Origin: Octopus vulgaris
Lineage: Eukaryota
DNA: 64,000 bases
Reading direction: 5' to 3'
NCBI GenBank assembly: GCA_951406725.2
Contig: OX597836.1
Span: 35,960,001 to 36,024,000 of the forward strand
The translations under genes and the position numbers were made by a program. This document shows positions 24,951 through 38,599 of the stretch, one piece after another (position 1 is the first letter of the stretch; each line of letters starts with the position of its first letter). The notes under the pieces were generated by a model. The model ran no database searches. It was not told where the DNA came from and saw nothing but the letters and a program-made list of their open reading frames with translations.

Positions 24951-26501
24951 CTGCATAAAGCATTCGTTATAATATAATTCCATTAATATAATTCCATATA
25001 ATATAATTATCGAAATGCATATAGCCGTTCTCACTTCATTTCAAATTTAATTTAATTGCTTGGACCTTACTAACATGCATTTACTTACACTAAGCCATAT
25101 TTCTGAGTTCTAAGAGATATAAGCATATCCGTTATTGTTACTTGCTTGGAATTTTATTTTCAGACTCTCATTTTTGCTAAAATGCAAATGAACTTGGAAC
25201 CATACGCGTGCTAATTCTTGAAATAATTACCACCTGTTTTGTTTCAATCTTTCAACAATTGCTCATGGGCATTTAATTTCAAACTCAGACTAAAAAGAAA
25301 ATTTTAATTAATTAAGAATTTTTTTTTTAGGGCGATACTAAGTACATGACATTTTAAGTTAATTTCATTTCTAAATGAAGACACGCCGAAAAAAAAGCAG
25401 AAAAAACATTTGGACTTCTTGTTAGAAATAGCTAATAAATCACCCTCAAATCGCAACGTAGAATAATTAAAGAATGTAAGATGCCTAAAATATCAAACGT
25501 ATTTTCCTTTTCATCTCTATCTACTAATAAGTGTACACTTATTTATTTATCATCTTTTAACGATTTTAGGCATTGGACTGCAGCCATGCTGGAGCAACGC
25601 CTGCAATGTTATTTATATATAATGATTAGATCAAATTTTGGCACGTTGCCTGTTGCGTCCTTCTTCTTTCTTGGAAGATTCGATATCCAATGTAGATATT
25701 AGTTAAATATTAAATAATGTATTAATGAGTGGATATCTATTAAAAAATACCAGCTCACACGACAGAGATGCAAATGCATACGTTCCCTCTCCAACATTCA
25801 AGCAAATATGCACAAACACATACACCATATGTACACATACATTCATATGTACATACATACATACATATATGTACACATACATTCATATGTACATACATAC
25901 ATACTTACATACATACATACATACATACATAAACCTCCATATATTGCAAGCAGGGGAACGAAACCCTACCATTCTCTAGCAGAGGACGGGATCATGAGAC
26001 CGAGCGGTCTCGGTCTACTTGTGATCAACTTCATTCGTGAACACCCGACGGCTAGAAATAGCAGGAATCCAGCTCGAAATCCATAGAAAATAAAGCGACC
26101 TATCAGTCACTGATCCGGCAACAAGCAAAGTAGCAAGTTAGAAAGTCTCAATAAAAGATGAAAGAGTAACCATACTAAAAAGTAAATTTTTTCGTCACAT
26201 CAATATGACTATTCGACGTTACTACCGTTTTCACCCCAGGCCTTGGTTTAAACGATAGTAACGCCGAACAACCATACTGATGAGGTGATAAATATTACTT
26301 CTTAGTATAGATAGTACTTTCATCTCTTATTGGCAGACGATCTTTCTGGGGTTGAAACAGTAAGAGTGTCGAACAGCCATATTGATGTGGTAATAAACAA
26401 TACATCTGGATATTAAATTTCAACTGTCCACGCAAAAGGTCCACCTATGAGAGACACTTACCAACGTATTATACAAGCGTGTTCAAATCAAGAGCGATAT
26501 A

Positions 26502-27766
26502 CTGGGTTGGCAACAAAGTTCCCGGTGTTTTTTTAAATTTTGGAATTTAAATTTTGGAATCTATTTTTTTCGAGAATATTTTTCTGAATCATTTTGGAAT
26601 TTATTTTGCTTTTTTTCTAGTTAATTTTAGTTAATTTTTATTTATTTTTAGATCATTCAAATGGAATGTCAAGTTAAGAAAAATGAGCATTTTCAACACC
26701 TTCTTTTTGCTTTTAATCAAAGTTCTAAGGCCGCGAAAACTGCTTGCGACATTCGTTCTGTGTATGGAGAGGGTGCCATGGCTGAAGAACCACTTGTTAT
26801 TGGTATGCCAAGTACAAAAATGGAAATTTTAATCTCAAAGACGCACCTCGTTGCGGACGTCCAATGGAGTTCGGTGAAGAGCGCTTAAACCAACTTTTGC
26901 ATGTAAATTCTCGTCAAACGACAAGGGGCCTGGCAGAGAATATGGAAAGCTCCCACATTGCTATAGAGAAGCATTTTCACTCGATGGGAAAGGTTCAGAA
27001 GTATGGAGCTTGGGTTCCGCATGCTTTACGTTACAACAACAAAATCAACGAGCCACAATCTCCACTGGTTAGCTTGCTCGTCACCGCTTAATTCATGGAC
27101 ACAAGCAACGATTATTTTACCGAATCGTTACTGTCGACGAAAAATGGTGCCTGTACTTCAATATGAAGCAGCGTAAGGAATGGCTAAGCTCCGATAAACA
27201 AGTGACACCGCGCATGAAACAAGAGCTTCATTCGCGTAAAACGATGTTGTGCGTATGATGGGACCGGATTATCCATTACGAATTGCTTGAACGGAACCAA
27301 ACGGTCAACGCGGAACTCTATGTTCAACAGATGTAGGACTCAAAACGGCTGTTCAAGAGATAAAACGTAATCGGCAGCATGGAGTTCTTCTGCTGCACGT
27401 CAACACCTACCCTCATATCGTCAATATGACCAAGGAAGCCATTCAAACGCATGGCTGGGAAGTGCTGCAACACTCGCCGTGCTCTCTTGATTTGGCACCA
27501 ACGGATTTCTACCTCTTTCGATCTCTTTCGAATGCTATGCTCCGAGTTTCGTTTAATACTGATACAGAAATGAGAGACCGGTTGGATCAATTTTTCGAGT
27601 CGAAATCGGGTGATTTCTACCAACGAGGTATTGAAAATCTTGTTGAACGTTTGGAAGGAGTTGTGAAGAACAAGGGTGAATACTTTATTGATTCATTAGT
27701 TGTTATTTTTAATTAAGACTTTAAAAAATTTAAATAAAAAAAAACGGCGTGAACTTAGATGCCAAC

Positions 27767-27770
<4 letters not shown>
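26502..27770 (+). mobile_element. Mariner (Tc1/mariner, DD34D) DNA transposon, full length and inactive
   Basis: Imperfect TIRs ctgggttggcaacaaagttcccggtgtttttt / ttaggttggcatctaagttcacgccgtttttt, TA on both sides, about 1.27 kb. Confidence 0.93.
26661..27716 (+). pseudogene. Mariner transposase pseudogene
   Basis: Motifs WVPHAL, RIVTVDEKW, LLHVNT (from HDNA), HSPCSLDLAPTDFYLFRSL (from YSPDLAPSD) and GIENLVER..NKGEY, split across frames with stops. Confidence 0.93.
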
Positions 27771-27817
<47 letters not shown>

Positions 27818-27820
27818 GTA

Positions 27821-28049
27821 CCGGAGTAAACACATAAATGTGAAACAAGGTGGAAAAAAGAGTACTCAAATACCAGTGGTAGAGTAATATGCTTTATTTC
27901 AAGCAGCAGAAAATTCAACAAAATCTGTTACTCTGAGTTTCTCGTTGCCGTTCATCAGACAGTTTTTGCTAGCAAAAACTGTCTGATGAACGGCAACGAG
28001 AAACTCAGAGTAACAGATTTTGTTGAATTTTCTGCTGCTTGAAATAAAG
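27821..28049 (-). mobile_element. Palindromic PLE pseudo-LTR-like element (perfect 79-bp arms, no loop) within (TA)n
   Basis: 27892-27970 is the exact reverse complement of 27971-28049 (centre gctagc). A non-palindromic truncated copy lies at 50778-50889. Confidence 0.85.
27979..28016 (+). ncRNA. Minimal type-I hammerhead motif (mirror copy on the minus strand at 27925-27962)
   Basis: ctgt CTGATGA a cg GCAA cg a GAAA ctcaga GTA acag. Stem I ctgt/acag, GNRA-capped stem II with an A-A closing mismatch, quasi-palindromic stem III actc-a-gagt. Confidence 0.7.
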
Positions 28050-28061
28050 TATATATATATG

Positions 28062-28162
<101 letters not shown>

Positions 28163-29987
28163 GGAGCGATATTTACAAAGAGACTGATGATTGGCATGAC
28201 TTTAATCTTTGACATTCTAAGTCAGAAATTACTTTTCGGAATAAATACCACCAATATCGACGCCACCACTACCAGCAGTACCGAGAGCATCAATGGCGAC
28301 AGCAAAGTCGGAAGTGACGCTGCATACATAGTTCGTGTTTACTCTTAACAAGTTGAAGGATATCAATCAATCCTGGCGTGTTGCCATCTGTGACCCACGT
28401 CGGTCTGTTGTAATGTTGTTTATCAGGTTGTCAGTTTAAGGTATTTTAATGAATTTTTACCGGGAACTATTGATTATATGAGACCAGCAAAGATCTGAAA
28501 TTGTGAATAATTCTGGGGACAGAATAGTACCACTTTTGCATAGAGGCAGACGAAATCTCCATGAGTTTGTGTGCCTCTCAGCTTCTCTATCTGTATTCAT
28601 GTTTGTCTATATTTATGCAAGCATGCGCCTACATTTGTCTGTGTGTGTCTGCATATGTAATGCACATTTGGTGCATTACAAATGCCTGTACGTATAATAT
28701 TATAGTTTTATCAATGTTATTTACATGTGGGCGACTTATATTAATAATGTACGTAATCTAACTCATGAAATATCCCCAGCTGTCAAGGATCCAATTATCT
28801 CAGCCAGTTACAACTACGCGTGATATCTAATCGTTCATTAAAAATAAATGCAATTCATTTGTCAAGAAACTGAAATTATTCTTTGTGATTAATTATAGCA
28901 TTTAACTCTACATTGCAATTGTAAAATTATGAATATACATTCAGTTTTCATTGTGAAAATCATAATAACATTCTCGACTTATTTCTGTCTCTATATTTCT
29001 AACATTTGTTTCTTAGTATCAAGATTAATTCTTGTTTACTCATTATACTGAAATCAAGTCCTTCACCTTCTCATTCCTCTCTTCCATTTGTGTCTTTCTC
29101 GATATCAATTTATCAATTCAAACTTTCTCAAGAAGAGTATAAATGTTTTTCTTTTCTTTTTCGGGATCCGTTCTAATCTCTGCAATTCAATGATCAACTG
29201 CAACGATTCTCTTCCGTCTCTCTCATTTCTCTTTGTTTTGTTCTCTTCTTAACCCTCTCCCTTTCTCTCCTTCTTCTCCTTTTCCGTCTCCTTTATGTTT
29301 AAGATCAATTCTTAAATAACGTGCCTAGAAATCGTCTATATTGTATGAAATGAGACGAACCTTAACATTAAATTATCTTTCAGCAAATATCACATCCTTT
29401 TCTAAAAACAATTTATATTTCTCTGGAATTGCACATTATCCAACAAATTCCACTCTTTTGAACCCTAAGTTGTAGAAATTGAGGGAGATTTTGCTGTTAT
29501 CTGAAGCAGCTGCAGTAACTAGTAGATTATTCCGTGTTGACATTTTGTAGATATACCGCAATTATCATATGTGGCAAACATAATTTAATGACAATTTATA
29601 TCTTTCGAAGTTATCTAGGTCCTTGTTTAATTCCAGTGAGACGATGTCTTGGAAACGAATTAAGGTCTATATTTGTGATATGACATCATAATAATGAAGT
29701 GTTACACAGGGCGTCCCTGAATTAACTATTTCAATGAAATAAGGCAATTTAAAGAAAAGAAAGGTAAACAGAATTTTATGTTTATCACTTACTTATGATA
29801 CCAAAACAAATAGATTTATAAATATTACATCAAAACTTTATTGAGAATTTTCAACATGTACTCTGTTTGTATACTTGCAAATTTCAAAACTATCCTTAGC
29901 GTTTCGAAACACATTTTGAAGCATTTAAGGATTTATCTCCTGCACTGCTAATAGAATGCGTTCTTTAAGTTTACCTAAGTTTATCTA

Positions 29988-30202
29988 AGGCGGCGAGCTG
30001 GTAGAAACGTTAGCACACTGGGCTAAATGCCAAGCGGTATTTCGTCTGTCTTTATGTTCTGAGTTCAAACTTTTTCATCTTCTCGGGGGTGGATAAATTA
30101 TGTACCAGTTACGCATTGGAATCGATGTAATTAACTTAATCCATTTGTCTGTCCTTGTTTGTCCCCTCTATGTGTAGTACCTTGTGGGCAATAAAGAAAT
30201 AG
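29988..30202 (+). mobile_element. SINE family A with an internal deletion and a TSD
   Basis: Family A sequence flanked by the direct repeat gtttatctaag. Confidence 0.88.
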
Positions 30203-30360
30203 GTTTATCTAAGTTATTGCCCCATTCTGGGGATAGAAGGAGAGAAAATGATTATAGCCAAGTTGAAGAAATGCTGTCGAGGACAGATAAGCGAGATCCA
30301 ACAGGAAATTAAAAAATTTATAAAGTCATAAACAAAATATAAAAAAACACACATATACAC

Positions 30361-30514
30361 AGTGGCTGTAAAGTAAGAGGCTTGTTTCGCAACCACGTGG
30401 TTCCGGGTTCAATCCGACTGCATTCTACTTTGAGCAAGTGTTTTCTGCTAGAGCCTTGGGCCAACCAAAACCATGTGAGTGGATTTGATTGACAGAACCT
30501 GAAAGAAACCTGTC

Positions 30515-30566
<52 letters not shown>

Positions 30567-30910
30567 CCCTAATATTATTCCCTAATATTTTATTATATAT
30601 ATATGGCGGTGCCCCAGCATGGCCACAGCTCATGAGCTGAAACTAGAATCAATCAATCAATCAATCATATATATATATATGTGTGTGTGTGTGTGAATAT
30701 GTGTATCTTTGCGTCTGTATCTGTCCTCACCACCGCTTGACAACCGGTCTTGGGGTGTATGGCCCCGTTACTTAGCGATTCAGCAAAAAGAAACCGGTAG
30801 AATAAGTACAAATGCTTAAAACAATATGTCCTAGGATCAATTTGTTCGACTGGAAAAAGCCTTCGAGGCGGTGCCCAAGCATGGGCGCTGTCAAGTGACT
30901 GAAACAAGTA
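30361..30910 (+). mobile_element. Degenerate SINE family B with a nested short tail fragment at 30605-30666
   Basis: B head and 3' part present. Its internal (TA)n holds ggcggtgccccagcatggccacagctcatgagctgaaactag(aatc)n. Confidence 0.8.
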
Positions 30911-31086
30911 GAAAAAAAGCTATTAAGCATGATAAACATAAATGAAAATGAGCTTTTTAAAAAATAATTGGGAGATTTCACTGAAATAGATACTAAATTC
31001 TAGAAGACCTTGAGCATTGTTTTAGTACAATAATCCTTAAACGAAGCATTCAATTATCGTTTCAATGTTCTCAAAGTATCTAATAA

Positions 31087-31525
31087 TTAGCAGTATAGAC
31101 CGGCGTTGCTCGGGTTTCTTTTTTATTTGCGCTTAAAACGTCAGATTTCATGTCACGTTAACTGAGTTTAGAATTAGAATTTTTGAAAAGTAAAAATTTT
31201 GCATTATGTAGCTTGTTATTCTCCTTAAGGGAACATTTTCCTGGTTGAAATACACCGAGAAATGGCGACACAGCAGTCAAAATAAATCGTAAAAAATAGG
31301 GATTTTCATAGAAAAAAAGCACCTTTTTGATGTAAATAATTTTTGGTGATAACAAGGTCCGAATTGAACTTTTTCTTCTTCGGACGGTAGAGCAAGCCTT
31401 CTTTTATCATGGTGTTAATTTTGGTCAACTTGCACAGTAGGGTCTCGGTGGAGATAGTGTTAGTTGAAGGCTACCAGACCTGCCACACACACACACACAG
31501 ACAACTTCAGCTTTATGTATATAGA
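31087..31525 (-). mobile_element. Degenerate non-autonomous Helitron (related ends, different body)
   Basis: The 3' end tagcagtat..ccggcgttgctcgggttt matches the other two Helitrons. The 5' end reads A|TCtatatacataaagctgaagttg. Confidence 0.7.
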
Positions 31526-31864
31526 TTAATGTTAAAATGTAGTGTTTGTTTTCGCTAAGGGTGTTCTGTTTGTGATAAACGTACTTCAGCATACTTTCTT
31601 TTTTGTACATCGTTTTCGCATTTTTTTGTCTTTCATTAAAATATTTGATATACGTCATATCTTGCAATTTTATATTTATGCATCGTGCATCAGAAACAAG
31701 TTTTCTTTGTTTTAAAATTTAGTTGTGTGTCATCAAATTATCAATTATATTTTGATTCATGTAGCAATTATATTAAATTTTACAAAAGGATATCTGATAA
31801 TTAATGAAATGACAAATTACATTTCTATATAATGAAAAATTAGCAAATAAATAAATAAACATTA

Positions 31865-31925
<61 letters not shown>

Positions 31926-31993
31926 GGTGTGTGTAGGTACGTATGTATGTATGTATGTATGTATGTACGTATGTATGTATGTATGTACGTAAG

Positions 31994-32064
<71 letters not shown>

Positions 32065-32236
32065 TACTTGTAAAAAGAATAATTAATCACAAGAAAGTCA
32101 GTGACAACAATTATTGAAAGAAGAATTTCAAACTTTGGCAGATATTCTCATTTTAAGAACCATCTCTGGTTAAATCTTGAGAGGTCGTTGGTGTTGCTTT
32201 GGTGGAGGTTTGCGCTACCTGAGTGCTCTTGTTGTT

Positions 32237-32280
<44 letters not shown>

Positions 32281-32298
32281 TATCATCATCATCATCAT
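32237..32298. repeat. (CAT)n microsatellite
   Basis: Read directly. Confidence 0.97.
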
Positions 32299-32413
32299 CC
32301 TTTCATCCTTTTTGTCTCAATAAAATAGATACCTTTTGAACACTGATGGCGATGTAATCCTCTCGCTTCTTTGTCCCCAAATTTCAGAGCACGTGTCTAT
32401 ATTAAAATGGAAG

Positions 32414-32643
32414 ACAGACAGACAAGAACAGACAAACGGATTAAGTCGATTACATTGACCCCAGTGCGTAACTGGTACTTAAATTATCGACCCCAGTGCC
32501 TAAGTGGTACTTAATTTATCGACCGCGAAACGATTAAAGGCAAAGTCGACCTCGGCGGAATTTGAACTCAAAACGTAACGGCAGACAAAAAATCGCTAAG
32601 CATTTCGCCCGGCGTGCTAACGCATCTGCCAGCTCGCCGCCTT
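32414..32643 (-). mobile_element. SINE family A
   Basis: Reverse complement of family A with an internal ~30-bp duplication. It faces a plus-strand A-like fragment at 32299-32410. Confidence 0.88.
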
Positions 32644-33125
32644 ACTTGCAAGGAAACCTGTGTTAGAGCGGAATTCACACAGTGCATGAAGATTGCGTTG
32701 TAACGAATAATTAGTTATAACCAGATTACCAGATATTTGGAGTATTAGTTAGCTATTGTTCCGTTTCTCTAGATGATACTAAAAAGAATTCAAAACGAAT
32801 CTAAAGATCATCATTTTATTATTTTTATTATTTTTTGATATCTGCATGATAAAATACAAAAGAAAGAAAGTAGAAATACGTTCACATATAAAATAATATA
32901 AAATAGTCTTCCGTATTTCATAGTTAATTCATTGCGCATAAGAGATATCATCACTGGACGGATCCCGCAGTACATTTGCTTTACGCAATGACTTTCAATG
33001 AGATAATTGCTAATTTAATCTAATTATATTTGTGTTGCGTATATACGAACTTTTGTTCAGTCGGACGGGTAATTGTAACATCAGTGATCTATCAATCACT
33101 GTTTTGTTATATATATATATCTATA

Positions 33126-33158
<33 letters not shown>

Positions 33159-33269
33159 CAACAGCCGTGGTGTTTATCTTAGCATGTGGTCATCTGGGAG
33201 TACATGACACTGAAACACATCAACGAAGCACAAAGGCACAAATGCACTCACTGGCTTTTAGTCCAATAG

Positions 33270-33348
<79 letters not shown>

Positions 33349-36300
33349 GTTCCTAAGCTCATAATATCCATGCGAGATATCTCGATTACTCGATTACCAT
33401 TCACGCGATGTATTTATATTAAGTATGATACACAACGGGCTATTTTAATCTACTACTCTTTTTGTTACGTATAATGAATGTCTATATGCTTTTCTATATT
33501 TTATCATCCATTTTGTTTCATAAATTTTCCGGACAAGAAATGACAAAAAACCTTAAATCTTTAAGGCTGGCGATTTCCTGTCTTCTTTATTATATGTGTA
33601 TATGTATATACACATATGTACATTGTGGACGTATGTATTTAAGACAAACCTCTGCTGATGATTTATAGATGTTTATGTAAGTAAAATTACATATTACATT
33701 AGTAATGAAACAATTGTTCAGGGTCAATCTATTTATTCGTTATGTTTCACTTTCCTTCCGTTAAATGTAATGTTATTTCTAGTTGGAAACATCATTTCAG
33801 TGGCTATACTATCGGAGCTATTTTTAGCACTAGAGCTATCCACATAGTGGTAACTCTCTAACAATTTATATATATATATATGTATAAATATTTGTATCTG
33901 TGTCTATATATATGTATGTAGGTATATGTGTTTATGCGAGTATACAGGTATATGGTTCATTTATATGCGTTCTGATATATTGCATTTTCCCCTTAGTTTA
34001 TTCCATTGTTTACGTATATTTTGTTTCACACTAAAATGCTGGGATATTAAAAAGTCAAAAGTAGTTTAATAAGAAAGAGTAGCACATCGTAATGACATTT
34101 TTATTCATGCAGTGAGCTATAAGAAAAATCTCTAAATGGGATACATCAACAGCCTTTCTTCCGATATAAATCAGCTATTTGGCTTGAACTGATTTGACAT
34201 TTTCACTTAAGAGAATGTTTTCAATTCCAGTTACATATTGATACACGTTATCTGATACTTAAGTCTATGAAGAAAGGAATTGCCATAGATTTTCTATACT
34301 AGCATTTGGTTCTGACATGTTTATTTTTGCTGAGATAAAACACCCAGGCCAATGACATTTTTCTTCCTCACTCTGATTAGTTAACACCGTCAGCTATCTC
34401 ATATTCACTTTGCACATGAGATATAAGCAATCACCCGCTCTAAAATAGGTCTCAATCATCCACAGTAATAAACGACACACAGCTTAGATTCTATGTAAAA
34501 TGTCTACCTCTGAAACCGCTTCCCCCACCTACTGAATTTTTTCCTTATATTGGTTTTCTTTGCTTACTATCACTAAAAATGTTATCTCAAAACGAAAAAG
34601 CCTGTGTTTTGCGAACATTTTACGATTGTTTCCTTTTTCATTGCCCAGAACACTGCTTCTTTGAACTGCTGGAAATTCCTCACCACAATTCATATCAAAG
34701 CAGTATTCTTAAAAGCTTGTGAAGCCTTCAATTTTCAGGCAGTGAGGTTTGTAAGATATGGTTCAGGTATTGTGGAATGGACGCAGTAGGACTTGATGAG
34801 TTCTGTTCGAAGGACAGGAAAGATAATGACAATGAACAGTTGTTTCCATACACATGGTAATGAAATTAAACTGTCCTCCTCCGTATTGAAGGTGGACGAG
34901 AGTTAATTGGTGTGGAGGTAACTGTAAGATCTGAGAGCATATTCATTGCATGAATATTTGCAGCGATGTGGTGCGTGGATACTGAAGGTAACCCTGAATG
35001 AGAACTTGACCAAAGAAACAGAAAGGTTGGTTGATTTTAAGAAACGGGTGCCTAAGGAGAAGGGGAAATTTGGGTAACAGAAGCTATTGAAGACGTACAG
35101 AAGCTGCAATAGGTATCTGAATAGGCGTGGAATAAAAAGGCAAAAGGGATATTCTTTGCTGACAAAAACAGGCCTTTAGAACAATATCTGTAAAATATAC
35201 TATTGACCAGTTACCCGAGTCGCCTTTGTGCAGAAAATGTGTGCAGGAGACCGAAGGTGAACACTATATTATCAGTGGATGCTCACAATTAACGCAATAA
35301 GTTATAGACTTTCCGTCTACCAAATTAAGTCGCAAATCCGTGGTTGACCAAGGGCTATAGTAGAAAACACTTGCACAAGGTATTTCAATCATAGTAATTC
35401 TTGTACCTAATCTCTGTGTGAGTGTTTACGTTTGTTGTCAAATCGAGTATTGTGACCCACTATGTCTCAATGTTAGCATTTCATCAAGCAGAATTCAATA
35501 AAATTAATGCCAGATTGAAATATGTACTGAGGTCAGTATAATCAATTAAATTTTTGAATGTGATACTCCATGATGATGACAGCCGAAAGAATAAACACAG
35601 TAAAATAATGTTTGAAAACTTCATTGCTTCAAATTTAAGGTAATGGATTACTAACCACAAGATAATGAGTGCAAAACTTCGTATTAAAGTTCCACTCAAA
35701 ACGATAACGCTATATGTACATCTCAGGCTATTTGTCTTCCAACAATTAATAATTGTAATTTGAAGTTGAATAGATAGCAGTAAGGAAAATATCCAGATTT
35801 CCTAAAAAATTATTTTGCAAAATATTATAAGGAAAAGTAATTTTTTCACCACAACGAAACACTCCCCCACAAACACAGGTGTCACTGTGGTAACTGGAGC
35901 TACTAAAAACAGCAGCCAGCCACATCTCTATCAGTACACACCTTTTCATCACAAAAAAGACACAGATTTGCAGTATTTCAGGAAGAAAAACAAAGTATCC
36001 AGGTAGAGTTTTCGCCCATAGTTAAAGACCTCAAAATTGTGCGAACCGACCTCGTTTTCGAGGTTACTGTTGTAGTAAAACAAGGTTGTGCAAAATACAT
36101 ATTTTATTTGGTAGCCGAAATATTACCGAATCTTTTGATACCTCATACGTCAAAATCAACAACTCAGTTTTCGAATCAATGCGGAATATACGAGGGCGCA
36201 TACACAACCACTCACATACACACAAACTCTTGTATTATGTATTAAGGTAAGTTGTATATATTTGTAGGGATATTTTGCCGTACGTTGATGTAGATGTTTG

Positions 36301-37217
36301 AATCAAGATGCTTTCTAGCGTTGTTCTTCTTGACAACAATACTTGACTGATTCACCTCTCTGCGTGTCTATGAACCTTTGTTAGATTACAATCTCTTTGG
36401 CAGTCTATGGAGAATTTTCTGATGTACACGATTATGTGCACGATACCTAGAGATACAATTTTTACTTTGACAGACCGAGAAAATATGGTAGATTGCTTAA
36501 CCCACCTCTGCATAATTTTTCAGTTCTTGCATGTCTTTGATAGTTTGTTGTGAGAAACTTTTCATTCTCTAATGCCACTAAGAACGATTCTATCTCAGCT
36601 TTACCATGGCCATTTCTGAACCAATGCAGCTAAATTTGTTTTGTACTTCTTTCTTGCCCAATTTTCTCAAGTATTGTTCATCTAGGGACTTTTCATAAGT
36701 TTTTTTTTAATTAATACAACGTATAATACCACGTTCTTGCATTCTTAAAACTTCTGTTATTGGCACTCCTTTTTTCTTTAAAACTGTCGCTTCTCAGCAC
36801 GTTTGCTTGGCTTCTATTTTCTTTATCTGCTAGTTTTTCTTGAAGACGTAAAAGCATTTTCTTTTATTTTAGTTAATGTATTTTAATGTTTATATAAAGC
36901 AATACCTTAATCTCACTTATTCCAAGACGCAAGATGTTATTATTCTTAATTTTACACTGTTCAAAGTCACCTTGGAGTATTTCTATATTTCAAACCTCAT
37001 ACCTGTTTGAAAATGTTAGCTACACACAAAAAAAAAAAGATCCTAAGGTAAAATTTTTCATCGATATCAGGAGCTCTATGGAGACTGCATGCATTTCCAA
37101 GAAACACTAATTGCTGTTGATGTTCGATGTCCTTATTTATCCGATCTTTTCAATCCATTTTCTGAGCTCGGTACGTATACATCACAAGATTTAAATAAAC
37201 ATTATACATTATCATTA

Positions 37218-37603
37218 AGGCGGCGAGCTGGCAGAAACGTTAGCACGCCGGACGAAATGCTTAGCGGCATTTCGTCTGAGTTCAAATTCCGCCGAGGTCA
37301 ACTTTGCCTTTCATCCTTTCGGGGTAGATAAATTAAGTACCAGTTACGCACTGGGGTTGCTGTAATCCGTTTGTCTGTCCTTGTTTGTCCTCTCTGTGTT
37401 TAACCCCTAGGGGGTAGTAAAGAAATAGGTATTTCGTCTGCCGTTACGTTCTGAGTTCAAATTCCGCCGAGGTTGACTTTGCCTTTCATCCATTCGGCGT
37501 CGATAAATTAAATACCAGTTACGCACTGGGGTCGATGTAATCCGTTTGTCTGTCCTTCTTTGTCCTCTCTGTGTTTAACTCCTTGTGGGTAGTAAAGAAA
37601 TAG
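37218..37603 (+). mobile_element. SINE family A dimer
   Basis: A head-bearing unit followed by a headless unit, joined at aaagaaatag|gtatttcgtctg. Confidence 0.9.
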
Positions 37604-38132
37604 GCCATACATCAATGACCTCGGTCTTTTTGTGTTTCTGTTCAAAGGATCGTTATATCCGATCCGCTATCCTTCTTTTTCTGACACTCCGTCATTACCA
37701 GAGTATGAAATATCTATGATTGAACAGGTTTTGTTTCCACCCCTTTTTCGCAGTCATTCTGCCTCACATCCAAACTTCAGTCCCATGATCACATTGGATC
37801 ATTATACATCACTCTACCTCAATGTTGAAATTCTCAATTACCCTTTCTGGGTTTTGCCCACACCACGTCTTCGTTCTATACAACCCATACGTGCTACATA
37901 TCTCGTAATGAATCGTTCCTGTGTATTATTAGCTCTTCTATTCTATTGGTCTTAGGCCGGTTGCGTGGATTCATTCGCAATATGACACATACACTTTCTT
38001 TTATCAGTCCACGACAAGTATGTGTCTGTTGTATTGTTCATCGTGCATTTGTTGTAATTTATCCTAAGTGTTTGTTCCTGTACAGCTCAAATAATCGCTT
38101 GTATGGCTTCACTCTTTGTAGCCAGTGCCGTG

Positions 38133-38444
38133 AAGGCGCGAGGCTTAGTGGTTAGGGGCATTCGGTTCAGGATCGTAAGGTCGTGAGTTCAATTCTCGGC
38201 GGCGCGTTGTGTCCTTCAACAAGACAATTTATTTCACTTTGCTCCAGTTCACTCAGCTGGCAAAAATGAGTATTGCCTGTTTTCCTTGTCACACTGTGTC
38301 AGGCTGAATCTCCCTAAGAAATACCTTAAGGGTATACGTGTTTGTTAAGTGCTCAGCCACTTGCACGTTAATTTCACGAGCAAGCTGTTCCATTGATCGT
38401 ATCACCTGGGACCCTCGTCGTCGCAACCGACGGAGTGCTCCTAT
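38133..38444 (+). mobile_element. tRNA-derived SINE family D with a TSD
   Basis: Head ggcgcgaggcttagtggttaggg..gagttcaattctc, CORE-like gtgtccttcaacaagaca, TSD tagccagtgcc (38119-38129 / 38445-38455). Tail shared with 45283-45450. Confidence 0.88.
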
Positions 38445-38599
38445 TAGCCAGTGCCATCATCCACAGGTATCTGCATTCCTGCTCTCCCCTATCGCAATCT
38501 AACAGTAGATCTTTTCCCACATTTCACTTCCTTTCATCTGCTCTACTCTAATATTCTTTGTACTCCTGTGTCTCCATACAAGTATCTTACAAGACCATA

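Noticed and set aside
26277-26290. CTGATGA hits here and at about 1242, 28182 and 33655
   Set aside because: No stem II/GAAA/NUH arrangement follows, so they are not called as hammerheads.
26661-27716. Possible functional or domesticated transposase
   Set aside because: Multiple frameshifts and stops, the second catalytic D is lost (HVN), and the TIRs are diverged.
34540-35140. Possible old CR1/L2-like LINE remnant (similar impression at 18090-18700, 37620-38120 and 52960-54080)
   Set aside because: Too decayed to show diagnostic motifs by eye.
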